DNA of 64,000 nt, taken from positions 124,001-188,000 of the forward strand of contig JBODTK010000122.1 in assembly GCA_050613775.1 (NCBI GenBank). Reading direction: 5' to 3'. A program made the translations under genes and the position numbers. Under the pieces are notes generated by a model. That model had not been told where the DNA came from, did no database searches, and saw only the letters and a list, made by a program, of their open reading frames with translations. Numbering within the stretch: position 1 is the stretch's first letter; every line of letters begins with the position of its first letter. Source of the DNA: Neocallimastix sp. 'constans'. Lineage: Eukaryota. Below are positions 1-13,560 of this stretch, piece by piece.

Positions 1-106
1 TATTAAATAAAATATATATATATTATTGATATAAAATGTATTTATACATTTAACTATATAATATATAATAGTGATAATAATAATAATAATAACAAAAATA
101 ATATAC

Positions 107-867
107 CTTCTTCTTCATTTCTATATACACGAAGATATACACCAATAATAGTTTTATTATTTTCAACTAATGATTTATTAGTAATATTATTTCTTTTAAA
201 TAAATCAGATTTTCTAATGAAATTTTTATGTCCATAAGAATAATTAATTCTACTATAATCATTTGATAATGCTATTTAAAGAATTTTTTTTTTTTATTTT
301 TTTAAATGTATTTAAATTTAGTGTATATATATATATCAATATATATATTTATAATTGTTTATAAAATAATATATAAATACCTCCATTATTATAAAAGCAT
401 GTACAATCATCACAATTACGAATAAAGAATGTATAACTTGAACATATATATACAGAATTATCAATTTCAGCATCCAAATTTTTCAAAAATATTGATATAC
501 AACCCTCACTACTATCATTTTCACCAGTTACATAAAGTTTTAACTTCCTATTTTTTGTATATATATTTTTTTTATTAAAAAACATTAAACCATTTAAAAT
601 TTTGATAATTAATTAGTTTAATAAAATATAATAAAATATAATTACAATATTCAATTAAAAATGTGAATATGTGCTTTTTTTTTTATAAAAAAATAATTAA
701 CGAAATACCATTTATAACCACACAGACTAAATTTTGGACTATATTCAAAATTAGAGATACTTCTCCATTTACTAATTTCCCATTCATAATAATCTTCATT
801 AATAATTTCAAGATTATTTTTATTACGTATAGCATTTTTTGCTTCTTTAATATATGAATCTTTTGTT

Positions 868-918
<51 letters not shown>

Positions 919-2994
919 TTGATTTTAGATTTTTTATTTATTTATTTGTTTATTTTTTTTTAAAATATATAGATACTAATAATTAATTGCCTTTAAATAT
1001 AATATGAATACTAACCTTGTTCGCTATTTTTGTATACTCTTATATATGCTCCAATTATTAGTCTGTTGTTATTTATTAATGGTTTTCGGGTACTTCTACT
1101 TTTGTTAAGTAATTCAGCTTTTTTAATAAATTTAGGTATTCCTTTGGAATAATTATTTTTGTTAAAAAATTCCAGATTGGATACTATAAAAGATAATATA
1201 TATATAAATATATATTAATTATATGAAAATATTAAATTAATATATTATTGTTATTGTTATTATTTATATTATTAATTTTGAGTTGTATGATAATCTTAAA
1301 ATATATTAATTAATTAATAATAAAATTAGTTATTTACATCCATTAATGGTATAACATGAATAATCCGAATGATTTCGTATTACTAATACATAATTAATAT
1401 ATATATTATTAGTAATATTATTATAGGCATCTATACTTTGTATGCATAGTGATACATAATCTTTATTTTCATCGTTATATCCATTTGGGTATAGTTTAAG
1501 TTTCCTTTTATATTTAAAATTATGAAAAAATAAAATTTTATGGCATAAAAAATTAATTAATTATTTTATTATTCCTGTTATTATTATTTCTTGAATTTTA
1601 TTATAAAATGATTTATAAACAATGAATATTAAAATATTTATATTTATTTATATATTTTTTATTTGGAAATTATTATTTCAAAAATTATATGAAATGAAAT
1701 AAATATTAATATATATATATATATATATATATTTATTCATTATACCATTTATATCCACCAGCTTCAAATTCTGGACTTTTTTCTTCATTTAAAAGTTTAT
1801 TAAAATTCTTAATTTCCCATTCAAAATAATTTTCTCCACTAATTTCACGATCAACATTTTCAATCTCATTTCCTAATTCTTTAACAATTTGCTCTATATA
1901 TATATATATATATATATATTTTAGTACAAAATATATTATGAATTATTTTATAGTTAATAACAATAATAATTTGTATTAAATAATACAGATTGTAAATATA
2001 AATATAATTATAAACTAACTTTTAGTGTTATACTTATAAACTCGAATGTATACACCAATAATAGTTTTATTATTTTGAACTAATGGTTTATTGAATTCTT
2101 CATTTTTTATTGTTAAGTCAGATGTATTTATAAATTGTGAGATTCCATTTACTGGTTTAATATTATTAAAATATGAAAAAGATGATGCTACTGAAAATTA
2201 TCAAAATCATTAATATTATAACTATTAATATTTTTGCTTTATTCAAATGATTTTTGATTATTATTTCATTAACAGTTAAAATATATTTTTATTTTTATTA
2301 TTATTATTTTTTTTTAATTTATGTAATTCTTATATTTAAATTTTTAATGAAATACTATATACTTTCATATTTCATATTAGAATAATCCTCAGAATTTCTT
2401 ATATAGAATATGTATTTTGAGCAGATATGTAGTGTTTCATCATTTTCGACATCTAAATTTTTTAAATAAATTGATACATGTTCTTCATCATCTTTTTTAT
2501 GCCGATTTGGATATAACTTTATATTCCTATATAGATATATAATATATATTTATATTTAATAATAATAATAATAATAATAAAAATAACAACAACCATATAT
2601 ATATATAATATTAAAATTATATATAATAAAATTTTTTATTTTGCTATTATTATTTTAAAAATATTATTTTAAATAATGTTTAAAATACCATGTATATCCA
2701 GCGGCTTCAAAGTTCGGACTATATTCACAATTTGATAGTTGATCCCAATTATTAATTTCCCATTCATAATGATTTTCCTTAAAAATTTCATAACTATTAT
2801 CTTTAATCAAATGTTTTAACTTTTCAATATATTTCTCTACAAGATATTAATTATAATAATTATTTGTTTAAAAATAAAATATTATTATTAACAATATATT
2901 TATATTTATTTTTGAATAAAATATATGGTATCGTTGCAATGTGAAGGAAATTAATACCATTTAAGTTTTTTGAATTAGTCGAAAATAGGCCCAT
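107..2994 (-). CDS. Spliced gene for a protein with at least 3 tandem MATH/TRAF domains; 3' end lies beyond the left edge of the window
   Basis: Manual splicing on the minus strand with GT..AG introns. Exon 1 (2994-2958) gives MGLFSTNSKNLN. It is followed by three repeats of a 3-exon module: YEWEINNW..YSPNFEAAGYTW / NIKLYPN..HVSIYLKN..YIRN / GISQFI..LVQNNKTIIGVYIRVY; then FEWEIKNF..KSPEFEAGGYKW / KLKLYPNG..DYVSL / GIPKFIKK..IIGAYIRVY; then YEWEISKW..YSPKFSLCGYKW / KLKLYVTG..CISIFL / GHKNFIRK..IIGVYLRVY. These are typical MATH motifs. The last visible exon ends at 107 at a GT donor. Confidence 0.88.
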
Positions 2995-4506
2995 TGTTAC
3001 TATTATTTTACTATAGATAAATTAATAATATTAAATATAATACTTTTTTTCAACAATTATTATTTTTTATTACTCATTAACATTAAAAAGGAAAAGAGGT
3101 AAAAAAAAAAAAATAAAAAAAAAAAGAAAAAATTTTGTAAAAAAATATTAGCAAAAATCTTAAGAATAACAATAAAATTAAAATGTATGAATTAATAAAT
3201 TATATAAAATATTTAATAAATAAATAATATATAAATAAATATAATTAATAATGAAACGATTATAAATTGTAAACTGATAAAAAAAAAAGTAGTAATAATT
3301 TATTAAACTTTAAAATTACAAACAGTGATATGATTAGTTTTTATCTATTAATTTTAAATTCATTTAAATATATGTAAAATGTAAAATATCAAAATTATCC
3401 ATATAATGTATAAATTTTACAAAATTTATTTGCATTATATAATTTTAAAATTATTATTATTTTACATTATTCCATAATAATTAATAATATTTAATTAATA
3501 ATTGTTAATTATATTGTTAATTAAATTATATATAAAATACGTATATTAATAATAATATGAAATATTATTGAAATAAATTATTATTTTTATTATTTTTCTC
3601 ATATTATTAAAAAAAGTTAACTTTATTAATTAAATCTCTTAACTTTAATACCTTATTTTTATTGAAATTTTAACCTTATTTTTAATATATATTTATTAAA
3701 TGTAATTTAATAATTTATCATTTGAAATAAATTTAAAGTTTTAAAAAATAAAGTTATAAATTTATTTTATATTTAATAAAAATTAAAACTAAAATAATAT
3801 GGTTATCAACTATTGATAGTAATTAATTAAAAATTTTAGTGGAATTTTTTTTTTTTTTTTTTTTTTTTTGTATAAATTGTAATTATTAAGGCATTAAATT
3901 TTTTAAATAATATGTTTCTTGGTTTATAGTTTTCAATAATAATTAATTATCAATTATTCCAAGTTTTAATAATTTTAAGTTTTTGTTTTATTTTTTCTAT
4001 TTATTTAGTTATTATGTATTTAAAATAAAATTAATAATTTTTACTAATAGTCTAATTCTTTTTATTTTTTATTTTTTATTTTTTATTTTTTATTATTATT
4101 TTCTATATATATATATATTTATTACTGATAAAATTTTAATAACGAATAATTTTATACTAAAAATGATATTACAATAATACTAATAATAAAACAATAATGA
4201 TAATATAATTAATAATAAAATAATAACAATAATAAACATATTAATAAATAATAATATTATTATTTCGTACCTTTATTAATTTTTTAAAAAGAAAAATAGA
4301 TTTAAATAATATTATAAAATTAATATCTATTTATATCTTTAATGTAAAAATATATGGAAACATTTAAATATAGTATAATGAAATAAATTTAAACATTACT
4401 TTATTTTACGTTAATAATAAAATAATATAGTTATCAATTATTATTTGGAAATAAGAATAATATTGCTGATTTGAAATAATAAATATTTTGTGTTAATTAT
4501 AACACG

Positions 4507-4756
4507 TTATAAAAATTTTTTAATAATTTTCCTATATTCTTATCTATTTAAATAATTTATAAAAATTTTTTAATAATTTTCCTATATTCTTATCTATTTA
4601 AATAATTTATAAAAATTTTTTAATAATTTTCCTATATTCTTATCTATTTAAATAATTTATAAAAATTTTTTAATAATTTTCCTATATTCTTATCTATTTA
4701 AATAATTTATAAAAATTTTTTAATAATTTTCCTATATTCTTATCTATTTAAATAAT
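4507..4756. repeat. Tandem repeat, 50-bp unit x5
   Basis: TTATAAAAATTTTTTAATAATTTTCCTATATTCTTATCTATTTAAATAAT repeated head to tail with period 50. Confidence 0.95.
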
Positions 4757-5350
4757 TTAAAGTTTATGGTTTCGTTAATAATTATCTGTATCCAATAAAA
4801 TGATATCTTTAAAAATTCTTCTTATAAAAATAATTATTAATACTTATTAACAAAAATGAATCAGGAATTTCAGGAATTAGAAAGCTTGGAAATAGACATT
4901 TTAGGTTTTCTATTTCCAGTTTGACTCAAATAACCTCAAAATACTAACGGTCTTCAATTTAATTAATTAAAATACAAATATATTATACCAATATATATTA
5001 CTTATAATACAAAAAAAAAAAGGTGAAACGTCATATAAAAATTATTAACATATCTGATATATATATCGTCAAACCTTATAGAAATATTGTAGATATAATT
5101 TTTATGAAAATATTTAAAATTTAATATTTTTTTTATGAAGTTTTTTTTTATATTTATAATAATGTATTAAATAAATTATATTTGCAATTTATTAAAATTA
5201 TTTATAAATAACTAATAGTAAATTCATCGGAAGTTTCAATTATTTTTTTTTATTATAATAGTTAACTTTGTATTAATTTTTATTTTTATTTTTATTTTTT
5301 GTTATTATTGTTTTAAAAATAAGAAAAATTTTATATTTTATATAATTGTA

Positions 5351-5465
<115 letters not shown>

Positions 5466-5646
5466 AAATTAATAAATAAATTTGTAAATTTAATGAAGAA
5501 ATACAATTAATGTAATTTATTTATTTATTTATCTAGATTAGGTAATTTAAACTAAAACGAATCTTGTGTGTTTCGCAATAGTGCATTTCACAATGTGGCG
5601 TATTTTTGTATATGGCTTGTTTTTAATAATCAAATAAATAATAAAT

Positions 5647-8600
5647 GGGGAGTGTGCATTTCGAAAATTTTTATTACATAAATTTGTATTTTGTTGTATG
5701 GCTTAAATAATTTTAATTTTAAGCCACTTAATTTTATTAAAAATTTAATGAATAATAATTAATTAATTAAATAAATAAAATTACAATTCTCAAAAATTTT
5801 CAAACACATAATCTTACGTGGGGCGTATATCTAATTGTATCATAATTTTGTGGCTTTTTCTACAATTTTTAAAAAGCCATATATTCACAATATGGCGTGA
5901 ATAATAAATGTGGTAATATTTTATGACGAAAATTTATAAGCCACCAAGAATTTGGCGAAATTCAACTGGACGAAATTCAACTTTTGGCGAAATACAACAC
6001 TTCAATAAATAATAATTAGGTTAGGTATTTCTATTTAACATTGAAAAATAAAATAAAAAATAAATAAACATTTTATTTTTTAATGCTTAAAAAATAAAAT
6101 AAAAATAAATAAAAATTTATTTTTTAAGCATTAAAAAATAAAAAAAATAAAATAAAATAAAAAATAAAAAATAAAAATAAAAATAAATAAATAAAATAGT
6201 AAATAAAGAAATAATAAATAATTAATAATTAAATAATTATTTAAATAATTATATAATAAATTAAAAAAAGGTTTATTATTTTAAATATTAAAAAAAAAAA
6301 AAGCTTCAAAGCATTTAAAAGTATATTTATTAAAATATTTTATTGAAAAATTTTAATTATTAATGGAAGACAATATAGAAATTGAAATAAGTGAAACAAA
6401 TCGAGGAAATGAACAAATTATTATTAATAAAAAACACAAATTTAATTTTTCATTTCAAAGGAAAGATAAATCAAAAATTTATAGATGCACTGAATATAAG
6501 ACTTTAAATAAATGTAAATCTTTAATTATTTTAAATGATAAAAAGGAGGTTTTAAAATATGAAAGTTTACATAACCATCTCGAAAAGAAATTGATGTGTC
6601 TATATCAGTAGCAAAGCATAAAATTAAGGAAGAAATTAAGAAAAATTCAATTCCTATGGATATAAAACCTAAACATATATTTAATGCCGTTTCTCAAGAA
6701 ATGGGACTTATATGTCCCGAATATAGTACAATTAGATCCCAAATAATAAGAAATATAAATAAACAATTTCCACCAAACATAAAAAGTTTTGATGATATTC
6801 CCATTGAATCAGAATATTATAAAACGAAAAGAAATGAAAATTTTATGATATTTAAAAATACTGATATAATAATCTTTCAATCACCATTCCAAGCATATTT
6901 ATTTTCGAATTATCATAAAAATATATTTGCGGACGGTACATTTTATGCAGCACCGAAATTTAGTTATCAGTTATTTATAACAAGAACTTATGTTGGGGAA
7001 TTTAATATGTTTTACACTACTTCCATTTCTATATTAAAAAATAAAAAACAATCTACATATGAAACATTATTTAAAGAAATAAAAAAAAATGCAAATAAAT
7101 TTAGGAGTAATACATTAATTACTACAATTAATTTTCATTGTGATTTTGAACAAGGTATATCTAATGCCGCAAAAAAAGTTTTTCCCAATATAAATATTAA
7201 ATATTGTGTTTGGCATTACAAAAGATCATTAGAAAAACAAAAAAATATATTATGTTATCATGAAGTGAAGAATAATAATGATGTATATAATTATTATAAA
7301 GCTATTTCGAACTTACCTTTTATAAACCCTAACTATATATTTGATATTTATATTATAATAAAAAGAATTTGTCAAAAAAAAAAGTATAATAATTTTCTGC
7401 AATTTTTAGAATATTTTAATAAAAATTATTTACTTAAGTATAATGTTAATAATTGGAATTATTATGAAAATATAGAGCATTTAACAAACAATGCATCAGA
7501 ATCTTATAATAGCTACTTAAATAATATATTTCCAAATAAACCTTTATTTTATAAATTAATATATATATTAAAAGAAGAAGAAAACTTATCTTATAATGAT
7601 TATCAAAGGAGAACTAAAGGAAATTGGAAAAAAAAGCAAAAAATATTTAGTGCAACTGATGAAATTAAAATTTTAATTGAAAATTACAAAAGTAAGGAAA
7701 TAAATTTATTTTATAATGGATGCAACAGAAATGAATTAATTAAATTATGGAAAGAATGTTTAATTGATTTAAACGATATAAATATTAATTTAAAATAAAT
7801 AATCTTAATTTAAAAAAATGCTAGAAAAATAAAAATTTATTTATTTTAAATTTATATTTATAATCGTTTAAATAATAATTAAATAATCTTAATTTAAAAA
7901 AATGCTAGAAAAATACAAATTTATTTACCTATTGTGTTTATTTAATAATCTTAATAGAAATTATCTTTTAGTTATTTTTATTAAGTAATTTATAACTAAA
8001 ACCGATTTATTTGATACTAGTTAAAATTTTATTAATATCAATATCAATATTATATAATTAAAATTTTTATTAATATCAATATCAATATTATATAATTATA
8101 AATTTTATTAATATCAATATCAATATTATATAATTATAAATTTTATTAATATCAATATCAATATTATATTATTATAAATTTTATTAATATCAACATACTT
8201 TTCAAAATTAATTATGTTATTAAAAATATTAAATTCAATAAAAGATTTTTATTATTTTATTAAAATTATAATTGTTATTATTATATTTTAATAATAATTG
8301 ATTCATATTGATCAAACATTATAAATATTACTATGCAAATAATTAATTATTTTAATAGGATCAATTATTCAACTCTTATTGTTTTAATTTTTAATTCTTA
8401 TATCATTTAAATTAATATATATATATATATATCGTTTATGAAAATATGAATTATAAATAATTAAAATTATTTACTTTTCATTTAAATTTTTTTATTTACT
8501 ATAATATAATATAATAATTAAAAGACAAACGTTATTATAACTAAATTTTTTTTTTTAGAAAAGTAAATGAAAAAAAATTAAAATATATAAGATTCCTATA

Positions 8601-9248
8601 TATATAAAATAATTAATATATTTTATTTTATTTTATTTTATTCAATCTGTACTTTCTTATTTAATATTCTACTTTTTATTTTATTTTATTTTATTTTATT
8701 TTATTTTATTTTATTCAATCTGTACTTTCTTATTTAATATTCTACTTTTTATTTTATTTTATTTTATTTTATTTTATTTTATTTTATTTTATTTTATTTT
8801 ATTTTATTTTATTTTATTTTATTTTATTCAATCTGTACTTATATTTATGTTTCTACTATTTATTTTATTTTATTTTATTTTATTTCATTTTATTTTATTT
8901 TATTCAATCTGTATTTTCTGTTGATAATATAAACAAGGTATTAATGTATTAATAATAATTAATAATATTTAAAATAAAATAAAAAAAATATAATAATTAT
9001 TATATATATGTAGTAATTATATATATATATATATATATATATTTATTTAATTTTCTAAAAAAAATTTTTTTAGTCATAATAAACGTTTGTCTTAATTATT
9101 TTTATTATTATTTAAAAATTTATTTATTCATTTATAATATATTTATTCATTTATTTATTTATTACATTATAATACGCCATGTTTTCCGAAATGCACTACA
9201 ACAAAATACAAATTTATGTAATAAAAATTTTCGAAATGACACACCCCC
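5647..9248 (+). mobile_element. Full-length Mutator-like DNA transposon (MULE), about 3.6 kb
   Basis: TIRs of about 50 bp (GGGGAGTGTGCATTTCGAAAATTTTTATTACATAAATTTGTATTTTGTTGTA and its near-perfect reverse complement ending at 9248). Exact 9-bp TSD ATAATAAAT at 5638-5646 and 9249-9257. Contains a transposase. Confidence 0.95.
6363..7798 (+). CDS. MULE transposase (FLYWCH-like Zn finger plus DDE domain), split by a 1-nt frameshift near 6582-6590
   Basis: ORF 6363-6611 has YRC..KCKS..HNH. ORF 6596-7798 has FADGTF, YQLF, HCDFE, YCVWH and TNNASESYN, the MULE D-D-CxxH-E motifs. Adding one A in CTCGAAAAGAAATT fuses the two ORFs as HNHLEKEIDVSIS. Confidence 0.9.
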
Positions 9249-11204
9249 ATAATAAATATTCTTTTTTTATATATAATTTATTAATATTCAATTATAAAAA
9301 TAGTTTTTTATAATTCTTTTTTAATAGAATATATTATTATTTCTTTTGAAATAGTTATTTAATAATATTTAATTGAAAAAATATATTATTATTTCTTTTA
9401 AAATAATAATTTATATACTTATTTATGATTGTAAATAAAAATATATGGCTTTACAATATGTACGCTACATTAAGAGATGTACGATTGTGAAATGCACTAT
9501 CTCCACTAAAACACAAAATAATTATTTATATTGTTAGAAAATTAGTATTTTTAGTTTATAAATTTAGTTAACATTTTAATTAATATTTTTATTTTATTAT
9601 AACTTTTATTATAGTTTTAAATATTAAATAGTTTATTATTAAATTATGTATTCTTAAAAAATAAGTTTTTTGATTCAAATAAATAAAATTAATAAATAAA
9701 CAAATATTGAGATTTAAAGTTTACAATTTTAAAGGAGTGCTGCATTCCGGAAAATGTAGCTTTTTAAATTTTAATCAATAAATTGATAAATAAATTTATA
9801 AATAAATAATTTTATTAAATAATGTCAAATTAGTGTTAAAATTTTTTTTTTTTTATTTTTATAAAAAATTTATTCTTTAATACTTTTAAAAATAACATAT
9901 TCTTTTAAAAAAATAATCTTTATATTAATAAAAAATTAAAATTAAAAGTTTAATAAAATATTATTAAAAATAAAATATTCTTTAAAAATAAAATATTCTT
10001 TAAAAATAAAATATACTTAAAAATAAAATATATTTGAAAATAAAATATTCTTTAAAAATAAAATATTCTAAAAATATAAATATTTAAATAAATGATTTCG
10101 AATAAAAAAAAATTTAACCATTATGTTCATTAATTTAATAGTAATCTTAAAATAAATGATATAGATATAAAAGTTATTCATAAAAATACTTTATATTATT
10201 TTTTATTTTATTATACATTTTATTAAAAAATTTTTGTTTTATAGTATAAAAGTTATTAATAAAAATATAAAAAAAAATATTTAATAGAAAATTCGTTTTA
10301 TAGAATTTATAAAAAAAAAGATATAGATATAGAGATTATTATTTATTTATTTATTTATATATAATTGTATCAAAATATATTAAAATATTTATAGCTTATA
10401 TATTAATTATACTACATTTCAAAACATTTAAAACTTATTTTTCTTATATTTCACTTATTATAACAATAATAATAAATAATTATAATAAAAATAAATATAA
10501 ATGAGTTAATAATTAATAAGATTTTAAATATTTTAGATATTAAATGAAGTATTTTTATAGTGCTTCATATATTTGTTATATATATATATATAAAAAAACT
10601 GAATAATTAATATTTCTTTAAATATAAAAGATTTAAAAAATTAAAATAAAAAAGATAATTGATGTTAGAAATAAGTTTAATATTAAGATATATTTTATTA
10701 TAGAAATATAAATAATTATAATATAAAATTTATTATTAATAAGATTAAATATAATTACAAAATTAATGTATGAATATATTATGGGGCATTAGTTAATTAA
10801 AAAACTGAATTTTTAATAATTGACCGTATAAAAATATTTAATTATTTACATAAAAATAAGCGATAGATGAATCTAATAATGTTGTAAATGTTGGTAGTGA
10901 TAAGAAAATAAAAATTAATAAAATTGAAAAGAAAATTAAAATTCCATATATCTATATTCAAAATAACAATAAATATAAAATTAATATTAATAAAATTATG
11001 ATGCCCAAACCTGAGATCGCTTTAAAGGAGACTATTAATTATAGCAACAATCGCGTTGATACCAAACGGACAATTAGGAATTATAGATATAAAAGAAAAT
11101 AAAATTTTAAAATTATTATTTATAGTAATTAAACCTTATATTTTTTTTTATAAAAAAATATATAGTTTAATTTTTAGCAAGGGCATTTCTGATATAAAAC
11201 CCCT

Positions 11205-11389
11205 ATTTCTTATAAATAGATTAGATTATTTAAATTAGAAATAGTGAACTCTCTTGTAAATTTTTAGATATTAGAATTAATATTTTAATTGTACGAATAT
11301 TATAATTTTATTAATAAAATTTACTAAACAATCATTATTTTAAAAAACCACTGCATATAAATTATTGCACATAAAAGTACCGCATATCA
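11205..11389 (-). mobile_element. Partial copy of the TGATATGCGG LTR family
   Basis: The reverse complement aligns with the first ~185 bp of the solo LTRs at 43871 and 47084. Confidence 0.8.
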
Positions 11390-12033
11390 TAGTAATAGTA
11401 ACGTGACAAAAAAATTAAATAAACATTTATTTTTTATAAAGATTTTTTATTTATTTAGAAAGATTAATTTTATAATAATAAATTATATAATATTTTTATA
11501 TTCATAGAAATTTTATTTAATATTTTATTCAATGGCTTATAAAAAATTTTTAAAACTATATTATTTGTATCATATACTATATAAACTTTACATTATTATT
11601 ATTATTTATTATTATATATCTTATTTATTTGTAATGTACTATTAATTACTTAAAATTATAATAAAATGTTGCTAATAAAATAAAAATATTAAATAGAATG
11701 TTAATTAAATTGTATAATAAAAATACCAATTCCTAGTTTTCTAACATATTGTATATAATAAAAGATGTATAATAAATGATGAATATATAGAGTGTATGGC
11801 ATTTCGCAAAATTTTTTGTGTCATTTCGCAAAATTTTAATAAATAGATAAATAAATAATGAAATAAATAAATAATAAAAAAATAAAAAATAAAAAAATAA
11901 AAAATATATATATATAAAAAAAAAATAAGAAATATAAAATATAAAATAAATAAAAAAAAAAAAAATAGATACCAACTAAAATCATCCTAACTTTGTGCTA
12001 CTTTTAACTCCCTTTTTTTTTATGATATCCTTA

Positions 12034-12069
<36 letters not shown>

Positions 12070-13560
12070 GGATTATTTATAAATATTTCTTTTATTAAAA
12101 AATTTTATTACTAATTTAAGATTTTTTAAAATACTGCGCAAGGACTTAAAAGGGTGTAATTTGATCAATTAATTATTTAAATATTATTTTTTAATCTTTA
12201 TAATAATTATTTTTTAATTTTAATTGTAATATTTTAAATTTTTATCAATTGCATTTTTAAATTATTAACACCTATTTTTATATATATAAAATTATATTAA
12301 TCTCATATAGATATTGAAATGTTATAAAACGTTTAAAAATGTATAATAAAATATTTTATTTTTTTAAAGCTTTAATTCTAATGAATATTTATTATTATTA
12401 TACTTATATATAATATATATACATTATATAATAATAAATATTCATTAGAATTAAAGTATATATATATTTTTCTTTTTTTTATATAGTTTTATTTATTTAT
12501 TTTTATTTATTTAGTTATTTATTTAAATTATATATATTATTTATTTGTTTTATTATTAATTTATTTATTTATTTATTAACTTTAAAAAAATTTTTAAGAA
12601 ATGAAACTTTTTATGTAAATTTTCAGAAACGAAACTTTCCAAAGGGGAAGGTGCATTTCGAAAATTTTCATTTCGGAAAATTTACATAAAAAGTTTCATT
12701 TCGCAAAAATTTTTTATAAAGTTAATAAATAAATAAATAAATTAATAATAAAACAAATAAATAATATATATAATTTAAATAAATAACTAAATAAATAAAA
12801 ATAAATAAAACTATAATAAATAAATAAATTTAAAATTAAATTTTTTTAAAAAAAAAAAAATATTTTTATACATATATATAATAAATATACATTATATAAT
12901 AATAAATATTCATTAGAATTAAAGCTTTAAAAAAATAAAATATTTTATCATACATTTTAAATGTTCTATAATATATAATTAATAATAATTTTATATATAT
13001 ATATATATAAATAAGTATTAATAATTAAAAGATGTAAAAGATAATAATTTAAAATATAACTATTAAAATTAAAAATAATTAAAAAATAATTATTATAAAG
13101 ATTAAAAAATAATATTTTAATAATTAATTGATCATTTTACACCTTTTAAGTCCTTGAGCAGTATTTTAAAAAAATTTTAAATTACTAATAAATTTTTAAT
13201 AAAAGAAATATTTATAAATAATTCAGTAAAAAAAAAAAAAAAGATAAGGACATCATAAAAAAGGGAGTTAAAAGTAGCACAAAGTTAGGATGATTTTAGG
13301 TGGTAACTATTTTTTTTATTTTATATTTTAATATTTTATATTTTATATTTTTTTTTATTTTTTATTTTATATTTTATATTTTATATTTTTTATATTTTTT
13401 ATATTTTTTTTTTATATTTTTTTCTTTTTTTTTTTTTATTTTATATTTTATATTTTATATTTTATATTTTATATTTTATATTTTATATTTTATATTTTAT
13501 ATTTTATATTTTATATTTTATATTTTATATTTTATATTTTATAATTTTTTTTTTTTATTT

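Larger units (their letters stand above)
5562..9517. mobile_element. Older non-autonomous TIR element split by the MULE insertion (approximate ends)
   Basis: Perfect 17-bp inverted repeat ATAGTGCATTTCACAAT (5578-5594) / ATTGTGAAATGCACTAT (9484-9500) brackets the MULE and shares the TGCATTTC core of the MULE TIRs. Confidence 0.55.
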
